A stretch of 61,433 bases of DNA from Pseudomonadota bacterium (GCA_043825735.1 JBDRRP010000068.1:124001-185433), one strand, 5' to 3'. Counted from the first letter of the stretch, positions 38,669 through 47,847 are shown. Program-made: numbers and translations. Notes: generated by a model not told the origin, from the sequence alone.

Positions 38669-38687
38669 AAAATAAGGAGACGATAAG

Positions 38688-39179
38688 ATGGTAAAAGACA
38701 AAGTAAAGAATGTTTTTATAAGTCATCATCATAAAGATGATGCACATGTAGATAAATTAACAAAATTGCTACATAGCAAAGATTATCATATAAGAAATAG
38801 TTCAATTAGGGCGAAACCGACAAACCAGAAACGACTAGATAAAGGGCTTGTGAAAGATGCAACAATTAAACGCCTTTTAAGGATGAAAATTTCATGGGCA
38901 GGATCAGTTATAGTACTAGTAGGGAAAGAAACACATAAGCGTCCTTGGGTTGATTGGGAGATAACACAAGCACATAAACAAGGAAAAACAATTGTTGGCG
39001 TTTATGAATATGGGCTCAAAGAAAAAGTTGAGCTCCCAAAGTCATTAGAAAAGTATCAAACAGCTCAAGTGGGATGGGATTCTCAAAAAATAATTGATGC
39101 TATTGAAGGGAGATCTGTTTTTGAATATCCTGGCGGTAGCCCCTATACAAGAAAGGATGCGGGCCATTATAAATGTTAG
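38688..39179 (+). CDS. TIR-like domain protein (MTH538/ThsB-like)
   Basis: NVFISHHHKD, VIVLVGKETHKRPWVDWEI with catalytic Glu, GKTIVGV. Confidence 0.88.
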   Translation: MVKDKVKNVFISHHHKDDAHVDKLTKLLHSKDYHIRNSSIRAKPTNQKRLDKGLVKDATIKRLLRMKISWAGSVIVLVGKETHKRPWVDWEITQAHKQGKTIVGVYEYGLKEKVELPKSLEKYQTAQVGWDSQKIIDAIEGRSVFEYPGGSPYTRKDAGHYKC

Positions 39180-39835
39180 CAGTTCCTATCAGATATCTGT
39201 TTATTTATGTCGTTGACAGAGACTTTGGATTCGCTCCAAATCCTTTTCATGCTTATTGTACCTTGGCTACATGTAAGGCAAGACTTCGGAATAGCGCGAA
39301 TGTAGGCGATTGGATCCTGGGCGTGGGTGGTTCTCGGTTGAATGCTACAGGGAAGTGTATATATTTAATGAAAGTGACAGAAATATTGACCTTTGATGAA
39401 TATTGGAGCGATAGTCGATTTAGATTGAAAAGGCCAATAAGGAATGGAAGCCTTGTAATGTTGGTTGGTGATAATATTTACCATCAAAACTGTAAAAATA
39501 AATCATGGATTCAAGAGGACTCACACCATAGCAATCCAGATGGCTCAATGAACCTTACTAACTTAAATAGAGATACCAGCTCTCACAAAGTTTTGATATC
39601 GTCTTTTTTCCTCTATTTTGGGTCCTCAGCACCAATCATCGACTTGAATTCAATAGGATATTCAAACGGTATAGGCTACTCAAAAAAACCACTTACAGAT
39701 AATCGAATTGAAAGTTTTATCACTGGTATTTTAAATGAATATAGAGAAGAAATAAATACTGTAATTGCAGATCCATTCAATTTTGAAATTGCATATTCTC
39801 GTGTAGATCAGGGATCTGGTCGTATACATAAATAG
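39173..39835 (+). CDS. Nmad2-like (nucleotide modification associated domain 2) protein
   Basis: YVVDRDFGFAPNPFHAYCTLATCK..VGDWILG..GDNIY..SHHS; 7-nt overlap with TIR gene. Confidence 0.8.
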   Translation: MLAVPIRYLFIYVVDRDFGFAPNPFHAYCTLATCKARLRNSANVGDWILGVGGSRLNATGKCIYLMKVTEILTFDEYWSDSRFRLKRPIRNGSLVMLVGDNIYHQNCKNKSWIQEDSHHSNPDGSMNLTNLNRDTSSHKVLISSFFLYFGSSAPIIDLNSIGYSNGIGYSKKPLTDNRIESFITGILNEYREEINTVIADPFNFEIAYSRVDQGSGRIHK

Positions 39836-39867
39836 AAAAGTATAATGTTAAAATTAGGGGGAGAATA

Positions 39868-40401
39868 ATGGCGGTCATCACAAAGGGTAACTTTTCAATA
39901 AATCTTGGCATATTCAAAGTAGGTGGTGATTTTTCGGATGAAGACCGCCAATGTGCATGGGAGCTATATACTGAAATTATAACGCGACTATCTGTTCATG
40001 GAAGAATAACTCCATCGGCTAACATTTTTGATGAATTTAAAGGTGAATTGTTTAATGAAAGTCTCTCGTCTCTGTATGCATTTTTTAAAGAAATGCGCGG
40101 TATTATGAGGAAATTCCCTGTTGGTAAAATTGAATGCGCAAATGAATACCATTTGGGGAAATTGACTTGTTCAATTATGAATGATGTACTAAGGCCTTTC
40201 CTAGAAAAATGGCAAGGTAAATATAGATACTGGTTTGATATTGAAGCTAGGAAAAATCCTGAAAGATCGCCCTTTGAAGTCCAGATGGAGTTCCCACATC
40301 TTGAAGATTTCATGACTGATTGGTCAAACTTAAGAGAACTAATGAGATCTGTAGCTGAGTCTTTAGCTAAGGAATATCAATTAGTGCAGTCAATTAGTTA
40401 G
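39868..40401 (+). CDS. Conserved-looking helical hypothetical protein
   Basis: ggggag RBS; AWELYTEIITR, ESLSSLY, LRPFLEKW patterns; same operon as TIR-Nmad2. Confidence 0.75.
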   Translation: MAVITKGNFSINLGIFKVGGDFSDEDRQCAWELYTEIITRLSVHGRITPSANIFDEFKGELFNESLSSLYAFFKEMRGIMRKFPVGKIECANEYHLGKLTCSIMNDVLRPFLEKWQGKYRYWFDIEARKNPERSPFEVQMEFPHLEDFMTDWSNLRELMRSVAESLAKEYQLVQSIS

Positions 40402-40753
40402 TTCCAGTTAGACGAATATGGTCAATCATACCGAGCCGTAGTTGTTGTAACTACTGCCACCATTATTCTATCTATAGCGCAATTGTGACATGAAAAGATT
40501 GTTTATAAAATTTTACTAATTTTTTTCTAACTCTCTTGAATTACAACAGATCTTTCAAAGGATTCTCATAGAACGGACCACATCTCTTAATGGTGAATTC
40601 TTTATAGCAAATGCCTTTAAAGGAAACTCTATAGATTTGGAAAGGACTTGTTGCGCTTAGTCGCGATAGATGATATCCAGGTTTCTACTTTACTACGAAT
40701 AATAGTGTATAATTAGATAATGCTTACTATATTGGAAGGATATAGAAAACTAA

Positions 40754-41494
40754 ATGCTTAATGTAGAATCTTCATCGGCATACCCTGTGAACGATGGAAA
40801 CGGTATTAAAGCCAATACGGTAAATATATATAAAATCAATTACTCCACTACTACTGGCAAGACTTACCCCATCGAAATTGGCATTGCTAAAAGATTGAAA
40901 GAAACCGTCCCAGTAAACAAAATTAAAACTACTGAAGCTTGTATAAAAGGCTGCAAGTTATTCGGGAGAAATGGAGGATGCCCCCCCTTTTCTCCTGAGT
41001 TTAGTTCGCTCCATGGAAATAACATCTTAATTCTTTACGCCAAAATGAAAACCATTGATTTTCCAGAAAAAGTTATCCATGGTCCTTATTATTCAAGATG
41101 GGTTTTTGTTGAAACCTTTATGACGCCGTTGACAAACAGGTTGGGGAAATTTATCGCAGCGCAATTAGATGGATACTTTTTAAGTTCTGGGCATTGCAGT
41201 ACTTGCAGGCCAAAGAAGTGTAGTGTAAAGCTCGGCAATAACTGTTGTGACCCAAAGCACCGAACCTATTCTTTAGAGTCTACAGGTGTAATTGTTACGG
41301 AGTTGGTTGAAAAAGTATTCGGAATTGAACTAGAATGGTGGGATCCAAAAAACAATAAAATAATACCCAATCATATGATGAAAATAGTTGGTGTTCTTGT
41401 AAAGAACGAATTTAGCTTAGAAGCAATCAATACGATTGTGCGAGAAGCAATTCGTGCTGACAAAAGAATAGTTCAAGATTCAATCTTTGAATAA
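40754..41494 (+). CDS. DUF2284-like Cys-rich metal-binding protein
   Basis: ACIKGCKLFGRNGGCPPFSP, GHCSTC..C..CCDP..RTYSLESTG. Confidence 0.72.
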   Translation: MLNVESSSAYPVNDGNGIKANTVNIYKINYSTTTGKTYPIEIGIAKRLKETVPVNKIKTTEACIKGCKLFGRNGGCPPFSPEFSSLHGNNILILYAKMKTIDFPEKVIHGPYYSRWVFVETFMTPLTNRLGKFIAAQLDGYFLSSGHCSTCRPKKCSVKLGNNCCDPKHRTYSLESTGVIVTELVEKVFGIELEWWDPKNNKIIPNHMMKIVGVLVKNEFSLEAINTIVREAIRADKRIVQDSIFE

Positions 41495-42946
41495 AAAGGT
41501 CTCAACAGGTTCTTCTTTTCCATTAACCTTGATGTCTATATGGTTTGTCTTGTTTATATGGTTAAATTCAAAAATTTTCTTTTCTGTACTGTCTTCGATG
41601 GCAGTCATTTGAAATGAGAATTTAAAGTCTCGTCTGCTTGCATCTAGCGCTCCTCTAAGCCATTTAACCCATTTCTTGCAAATCGATTTAAAGAGTTTCT
41701 CAGTTTGTTTAAAAAGTTCCGGCTCCTCTTCTTCACCTTGCTCCTTATTTTCATTTTTAATAGTGAACGCATATTCGGTATTTCTCTTTACCCTGAATTT
41801 GATCTTGATTAAGTCGTCTCGGTATAGCGGCAAGAGCGGTTCAATATTAAGGTCTTTACCTCCCCCTTTAAGCTCTTGAAAATTTGGTCTTTTCCAAATC
41901 TGCAACTCATCAGCTATTATTAGCAAAAATGGAAGTGATGTATGAAAAATATGGTAGATATCAGTGCAAGTGTGGCTAGCAATAGCTCTTAGTATTTCCC
42001 TTCTAATATAGAATTGCCTAGCGTCTTCAGTCTCACTGAATGGCTTTTTGGAATCGAGGTCTGATTCAAGGAAATATACAAGATTTTTCATTAAAAGAAT
42101 ACATGAGATTATGCCGTGATTTAAATTCTCTAGAGACTTTGAAAATTTTAGATAATATTTTGATTGCCTCGCAGTAATATAATTGTAATTGATTTGTATT
42201 CTTTTGTTTGCCCCTAATCCTCTTGGGCTCCTGTTATCTCTTGCATATATCAATTTAGAGCTTATGAATTCAAGGATGAAATCATTAATAAAAAAATGAT
42301 GCGTCGGTATCTGATACTGACTGAATTGCGACGGGCTCCCAAAATGCCTCATCATTTCATTTATTTTGCTAAGTATCTTATCATTTTTATCGAGAGGATA
42401 ACCCAAGTCATGCGTCAAAGCGATTATGCACCACATCGCCTCAATTTCAGGTTTTTTTATTTCAAGACCGCGGTTAATATTTAATAGCTCTTCGTAATCC
42501 CAATGAACCTTGTAATCAATTTTATTAAGTAAAAAGCAACCAATTAGCCATACCCGAAAAACATGCGCGACATGGTCTCTATAAAACTGATCAGCTCCAT
42601 AAAGAAAGCCCTCAAACTCCTGGTACTCTATAAAGTATTTATACAACTCATTGACACCAAAAGCTATTTTATCTCGCTTCCAATTTTTCGGTTTTGATGC
42701 ATATTCTCTTTTGTCTATTTTCTTTAGATAGGTAATCGCATCTCTTAACAAATCGACCCATATATAATTGTGCTCTTGAAATGCACTTGCAACGATATTT
42801 CCAGAATCTTTTTTACTTTGAACCAGTAAGCGTAACAAGGTATCTTTTGTTTTCTCGACAAGAAATAAAGGCAAACCACTCCGATTATTAAAACCGTTTT
42901 CTCTAACTAACAATTCGTCATTTAAGACATCATTAGGTGGTGGCAT
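41480..42946 (-). CDS. HD-superfamily metal-dependent phosphohydrolase
   Basis: YRDHVAHVFRV, LTHDLGYP, NHG, AIASH, IADELQ give the complete H..HD..H..H..D set. Confidence 0.8.
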   Translation of the reverse strand: MPPPNDVLNDELLVRENGFNNRSGLPLFLVEKTKDTLLRLLVQSKKDSGNIVASAFQEHNYIWVDLLRDAITYLKKIDKREYASKPKNWKRDKIAFGVNELYKYFIEYQEFEGFLYGADQFYRDHVAHVFRVWLIGCFLLNKIDYKVHWDYEELLNINRGLEIKKPEIEAMWCIIALTHDLGYPLDKNDKILSKINEMMRHFGSPSQFSQYQIPTHHFFINDFILEFISSKLIYARDNRSPRGLGANKRIQINYNYITARQSKYYLKFSKSLENLNHGIISCILLMKNLVYFLESDLDSKKPFSETEDARQFYIRREILRAIASHTCTDIYHIFHTSLPFLLIIADELQIWKRPNFQELKGGGKDLNIEPLLPLYRDDLIKIKFRVKRNTEYAFTIKNENKEQGEEEEPELFKQTEKLFKSICKKWVKWLRGALDASRRDFKFSFQMTAIEDSTEKKIFEFNHINKTNHIDIKVNGKEEPVETFLFKD

Positions 42947-42966
42947 AACGGTAGCAATATAGGTAT

Positions 42967-43986
42967 TTAACTGATAAGCTTTTTAATGCAGCTTGGATCT
43001 CTAATTACATTAAATTTGTCACTGGATAGTATTCGTTGTGCGATGCAACCGCTTTTACATAATCCAAAGTACTCACATTTTATACAGACATTCGGATATT
43101 CTTTATTCTGAACTAGTTTAAAAAGCGAAGCATTTTCAATTATTGATTTAAGTGAGTCGCTATATATGTTGTTATTTGTGTTGTATGATTTGACCTGTTT
43201 CAAAGCATCGCATGGGTATGCATATCCATTTGGATCGATTATTAGTTTGTCTCTACCAGTAGTACAAGGTGTAGCGTTGCCCAGTATTAGAAAGTTAAAT
43301 GGCGAACCAGTTCTGATAACCAGGTTTGCGTAGCATTCCCGCAGTTTATTAATTAACTTTCTAAGGACTACGTAATCCGCTTTGTCTGGAGTGAGTCTAT
43401 CTGAGGAATCAATACCTCTACCTTGCGGGACAAATCTTAGAATGCTTAGTTGTTTGACCCCAATTGAGGAGATGAATTCTGTGAGGTTTTTAAGTTCATT
43501 CAATAGAGGCTTTAATACTACAAAATGCACCTCAGTATATATGCCTGCCAAAACTGCCGATTTTATTGCAGCAACTGTAGCGCAAAAACTACCTTTAACT
43601 CTAGTAATCCTATCATGAATATTTGGTTTTGATGAATATAAACTAAATACTAAGTGCGTTACTCCTGATTCATACAAATCTTGAATTTTTTCTTCTGAAA
43701 TTGGAGTGGGTGGATTAAGTGAGACAATTCCACTAGTATAAACTTTAATAATTGAGTCTTTTTGGCTAACCTTTCTAATGTGCTTGGAAATATTTTTGAT
43801 TAATAATGGTTCTCCTCCAGAGAAATAGAAATGATTGCAACCCAATTCAGCAGCTTCAAACAAAAGTCTTTCTATAAGCTCATCGGAAAAAGTTGTGTTC
43901 AAATTGATGCCAGCTTCTGTAGAGCAATGAACACAATTTAGTAAGCAATGATTGGTGATCTCTATTTTTAGCTCATTGAGGCGCAT
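42967..43986 (-). CDS. Radical SAM protein with SPASM domain
   Basis: EITNHCLLNCVHC, SGGEP, CTTG..IDPNG..YPC, CIKC-x5-CKSGC. Confidence 0.9.
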   Translation of the reverse strand: MRLNELKIEITNHCLLNCVHCSTEAGINLNTTFSDELIERLLFEAAELGCNHFYFSGGEPLLIKNISKHIRKVSQKDSIIKVYTSGIVSLNPPTPISEEKIQDLYESGVTHLVFSLYSSKPNIHDRITRVKGSFCATVAAIKSAVLAGIYTEVHFVVLKPLLNELKNLTEFISSIGVKQLSILRFVPQGRGIDSSDRLTPDKADYVVLRKLINKLRECYANLVIRTGSPFNFLILGNATPCTTGRDKLIIDPNGYAYPCDALKQVKSYNTNNNIYSDSLKSIIENASLFKLVQNKEYPNVCIKCEYFGLCKSGCIAQRILSSDKFNVIRDPSCIKKLIS

Positions 43987-44032
43987 TTTCTTAGTCAAAG
44001 CGCAACATATTGTAGGGAGGGTGGTTAAGAGG

Positions 44033-44061
44033 ACAATATATAGGTCTATAAACCTTGTCAA
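44033..44061 (-). promoter_or_regulatory. Sigma70-type promoter of rSAM-HD operon with palindromic spacer
   Basis: TTGACA(44061-44056)-N17-TATTGT(44038-44033); spacer contains aggtttatagacct. Confidence 0.7.
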
Positions 44062-44142
44062 CAAAAACAAAGTGAGGCGGTCCTACACACCCAAAGCCCT
44101 GGAACATATTAATTAAGAAACAGGGGGGTGGTTAAGACCGCC
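44062..44142 (-). other. Long bulged hairpin followed by U-rich tract (terminator or small RNA)
   Basis: ggcggtc/gaccgcc, caccc/gggtg, ccctg/caggg nested pairings; tttgtttttg follows on minus strand. Confidence 0.45.
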
Positions 44143-44517
44143 CTTAGAATTTCATTTCCCTGAAAATTGGGTGCCAACCATGCTATCTAATTAATATCAA
44201 ACGAATAATACCGCTTATGCCTGCTTTGATATCGCTTCCAAAACATACCTTATTGTGGGTAAAATGGCTGGTGCAAGAAATAAACCTTTAAAGGCCGGCA
44301 AAACACCTATCGCTTACCGTGAAGATGATTCGCGCCCCATTCCGCAGTTCGTCGCTTCAGTTGCTGTCGTCTACCACCTGTCCTGCATAGTCGCAGGCGG
44401 AGCGGGATCTCCCCTCTGTCTTCTGGCCCTCACCGGCGTTGACAAGCTCACCGGCGTTCACTATTGCCTCTACATCCCCACACCGATTCCCGGTTGTTGG
44501 CAGAAAGAGGCCAGGAT

Positions 44518-45651
44518 ATGCCCAAAGCAACCCGGCTGTACTATCTCGACAATCTCAAGGTGTTCCTCATCATCCTGGTGATCATGCATCATGTCGGGCA
44601 GGCCTACGGGGCGACCGGCGGCGGATGGTTTTATTCATATCCGGGCGAGCGGGCAAAGCCGCTGGAGTTCTTCTTCGCCTTCAATGCGTCGTTCTTCATG
44701 GGGCTGTTCTTCTTCATATCCGGCTATTTCTATCCCCAGTCCTTCGATCGCCACGGTGCCGGCAAATTTTTGAAAGACAAATGCATCCGTTTCGGCATTC
44801 CGCTGGTCTTCGTCTGTTTTCTCGTGACCCCGCTGCTGGAATACGTAAAATACGTGCATTACGTCCACGAGATCGGTTTCCCGGAATTTTATGGGCGAAT
44901 ATGGCAAAAATACGGCCTTCGCATCGTGTACCCCGGTGGTTTCAATTTTGCCCATTTGTGGTTTGTCGAACATCTGCTCGTCTACGCGATGGCCTATGCC
45001 GCCATCCGGTCGGTGCTGCCGACACGTGTAGCACCACCAGCCGTCGCAACCGCCGTAAAAGCGAGATGGTACGTCATCATCGCCTATATTTTGCTCCTCG
45101 GGATGATCACCGCCCTCATGCGGCAATCGTGGGGGTTTCCCATCGACCGATGGATCAGCTTCCTCGGATTCATCCAGATGGAACCGGCTCACTTTCCCCA
45201 GTACCTGTCTCTTTTTATTTTTGGTGCGCTTGCCTGCAGATGGTCCTATCTGGATTCAATCACCACGCCCCGGGATATCCTCTGGCTCCTGCCCGGCGTG
45301 GGTGTTTTCGTCGTCACGGTGATACAACGCTATACCGCTGATCATAATCAGGCCTTCTTTCTGTGGCCGTATCGTGAGGCGCTGCTCTGTACCGGCGTCT
45401 GCATCGGGCTGCTTGCGCTTTTCAAAACTTTTTTCGACCGCACCGATCGTATTATGCAGAAACTCTCGGAAAATGCATTCGGGGCCTACATCCTGCACGT
45501 TCCGGTGGTCGTTGCGCTCCAGTACGCTTTTGATCCGGTACAAGCCGGCGCCTTTACGCTGTTCGTCATCGTTTCCGCGCTGTCGATACCCGGATCGTTT
45601 CTGGTGGCGACCCTTGCGCGGCGTATCCCGGGAGTAAAGCGGGTTTTATGA
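44518..45651 (+). CDS. Acyltransferase-3 (OpgC/MdoC-like) membrane protein
   Basis: RLYYLDNLK..VIMHH, FFMGLFFFISGYF, HLWFV, AYILH; multiple TM segments. Confidence 0.88.
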   Translation: MPKATRLYYLDNLKVFLIILVIMHHVGQAYGATGGGWFYSYPGERAKPLEFFFAFNASFFMGLFFFISGYFYPQSFDRHGAGKFLKDKCIRFGIPLVFVCFLVTPLLEYVKYVHYVHEIGFPEFYGRIWQKYGLRIVYPGGFNFAHLWFVEHLLVYAMAYAAIRSVLPTRVAPPAVATAVKARWYVIIAYILLLGMITALMRQSWGFPIDRWISFLGFIQMEPAHFPQYLSLFIFGALACRWSYLDSITTPRDILWLLPGVGVFVVTVIQRYTADHNQAFFLWPYREALLCTGVCIGLLALFKTFFDRTDRIMQKLSENAFGAYILHVPVVVALQYAFDPVQAGAFTLFVIVSALSIPGSFLVATLARRIPGVKRVL

Positions 45652-45865
45652 TAAAATCAACGTGCCGGCACCGCGACGAACGGTTGGAAGATCATGGAAC
45701 ACCAGTTCTGGTATGATATCGAAAGGGATGAGACGCTTACAGATCAGGAAAAGAAGGCAGCGCTCAAAAAGCGCATGGACGGGCTTTGCAAAGTGGTGCA
45801 GCAAGGAAAGGCCAATCCCTGGCTTGGCTGCTTCCAGGGATAAAAAACCGAGAGACTGACCAATA

Positions 45866-46321
45866 TCAACCATATCTCGGGCGGTTCCTCGCATTTTCGC
45901 AATAGACCCCTATTCCTTTTCTCCTGATAATTTCATTAATGGCGACCCAGCCGTTGTACAGGCGCTCGTCAAAGTTGGTCCTGTCGCAGGGAAATTCCTC
46001 GCACTGGTAGCAGAAATCGACCCCCTTTTGCTGGTGGCAGGGGCGGACGCCGCAATTTTTAAAAACCTTGCATTGCTCCTTGCGGCAGCCTTCGCAGTTT
46101 TCGGATGCAAAGTAATCGAGCATTTTCTTAAAGTCGGCATACTTTTTAAAGATCGGGTCTTCCAGCATGGTTTCAAACCGCTTGGCGTTGATGTGGAAGT
46201 TTCCCAGTTTCTCTTTGAGCTTTGAGGCGTATTTTCGAATATCGCCGTCAACATGGGCAAAGCAGGTCTGGCAGCACAGACCGCAGGGGGCGATGGTTTC
46301 CTTGATTGTGGCATCCGTCAT
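45866..46321 (-). CDS. DUF3795 family protein
   Basis: APCGLCCQTC, CEGCR, CYQCEEFPC; ggagg RBS. Confidence 0.82.
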   Translation of the reverse strand: MTDATIKETIAPCGLCCQTCFAHVDGDIRKYASKLKEKLGNFHINAKRFETMLEDPIFKKYADFKKMLDYFASENCEGCRKEQCKVFKNCGVRPCHQQKGVDFCYQCEEFPCDRTNFDERLYNGWVAINEIIRRKGIGVYCENARNRPRYG

Positions 46322-46456
46322 GGTGAACCTCCTTAGTTTGTCCACGTTTCTCTAAAATGCGCCAGTGGTTTCGTGAATCCGACTGCTGAAGGATCAACGG
46401 TCCGAGCCACCATGATGCTTCGGGATGAATTGGGCTGACGGCGACACCCCATCCAA

Positions 46457-46621
46457 ATCGAAATCGGGATCGCTATCGAAATCGAAACGCCATGGCCGTC
46501 ATGGCCGGGACCATGGTGGCATCCGCGTCCTGTTGACAGGCGTCTAAAATAATACACAGTAATGGTTGACGGCCTGACGGCGCAAATCGATTTCGATCCC
46601 GATAGCGATTTCGAACCCGAT
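46457..46621. repeat. Inverted ATCG hexamer-period repeat pair
   Basis: atcgaaatcgggatcgctatcgaaatcga facing tcgatttcgatcccgatagcgatttcga. Confidence 0.8.
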
Positions 46622-46778
46622 GAAATCAACCACCAGTAAAGAGACTGGCGAATTCTGCATCAGCGTGTTTTCTTTTCAGGGCCAACCTGATCGTATCCCT
46701 TGTATCGAAAGATAAAAAGTGGCATAAACGACAACTAAAGAGGTGATATCGACACAAACCGCCGTTTTGGAGGCAGCC

Positions 46779-47825
46779 ATGAAAAAGGTGACCATCCTGG
46801 GGCTTCATAATTCCATGGCCACCACCATTTTCGGGCCCATGGACATCCTCAATCAGGCCGGCCGGCTCTGGAACCGGGTAAAACACACCCCCCACACCCC
46901 GTTTTTCGATGTGGCCATCGCGTCGGCGGACGGCCTTCCCATTCGGACCGTGAACCGTGTCCGGATCCAGCCGCATTGCAGTATCCATGATATCGAAAAT
47001 ACGGATCTTCTGATTATTGCGTCCGCCACCGATATCGACACGATCCTGGAGAAAAACCCGGAATTGGTTCCCTGGATCCGGCACCATTACAGCCTGGGTG
47101 CCCATGTGGCCAGTATCTGTACGGGGGTGTTTCTGCTTGCGGAGACAGGCCTGCTGGATGGGAAAACCGCGACATTGCATTGGGGATTTGCGCGCGCGTT
47201 CACGAAGCGGTATCCGAAAGTGGCCCTGCAGAAGGACCGGATGTTCATCGATCATGGAAGGCTTTATTGCTCGGCAGGGGTCAGCGCCGGCATGGATCTC
47301 TCCCTGTATCTTGTAGCCAAATTTTGTGGGGAAAAGGCCGCCCGCGAGTCAGCCAAGACGATGATTCTGGATATGGATCGAAAAGCGCAGACGCCTTACG
47401 ATGGCCTTCTGCCGCCCAGGGATCACGCCGATCAGCTGGTGTCAAAAGCACAGACGTGGATGGAAGAAAACAGTACACAGACGATGGACTATAATCATAT
47501 GGCTGAACAGCTTACTGTCAGCCGCCGGTCCCTTGAGCGCAGATTCAAACACGCCATCGGCATGACACCCCTTGAATACCTCCAGGCATTGCGGGTCGAG
47601 CGGGCGAAACACATGCTGGAAGCGGGCAATCGCACATTTAATGAGATCACCTATGAAGTCGGGTATGAGGATATCCCGTTTTTTCGAAGAATATTCATTC
47701 GCCTAACGGGCCTTCGGCCAAAGGAATACCAACAGAAGTTTGCCGGATTTAGTGCTTTAGCCGGCCAGCCAGTAAACGATATCGATCAGAATAAAAAATT
47801 CCACCCCGGGAATGATGCGATATGA
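46779..47825 (+). CDS. GlxA-type AraC regulator with DJ-1/PfpI domain
   Basis: ASICTGVFLLAETGLLDGK.ATLHW; SRRSLERRF..GYED..FRRIF. Confidence 0.9.
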   Translation: MKKVTILGLHNSMATTIFGPMDILNQAGRLWNRVKHTPHTPFFDVAIASADGLPIRTVNRVRIQPHCSIHDIENTDLLIIASATDIDTILEKNPELVPWIRHHYSLGAHVASICTGVFLLAETGLLDGKTATLHWGFARAFTKRYPKVALQKDRMFIDHGRLYCSAGVSAGMDLSLYLVAKFCGEKAARESAKTMILDMDRKAQTPYDGLLPPRDHADQLVSKAQTWMEENSTQTMDYNHMAEQLTVSRRSLERRFKHAIGMTPLEYLQALRVERAKHMLEAGNRTFNEITYEVGYEDIPFFRRIFIRLTGLRPKEYQQKFAGFSALAGQPVNDIDQNKKFHPGNDAI

Positions 47826-47847
47826 CGGATCTTAAAGACGGAGAAGA

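Larger units (their letters stand above)
38097..44330. mobile_element. AT-rich horizontally acquired island without mobility genes
   Basis: Hand counts 19/60 GC (38761-38820) and 17/60 (43081-43140) versus 38/60 in bamB (4561-4620); bracketed by duplicated acyltransferase locus. Confidence 0.85.

Noticed and set aside
38688..39179. Canonical Thoeris or CBASS call
   Set aside because: No SIR2/SLOG, Macro or cyclase partner is visible; gene symbol withheld
40323..40413. Integron attC site (GTTAGAC just after ORF stop)
   Set aside because: No proper intergenic RYYYAAC inverse core or paired L boxes, no similar sites after other island genes, and no integrase
42967..43986. Prokaryotic viperin or RiPP maturase call
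   Set aside because: It has a full SPASM domain, unlike viperins, and no precursor peptide, protease or exporter was found; only a 9-codon ORF lies upstream
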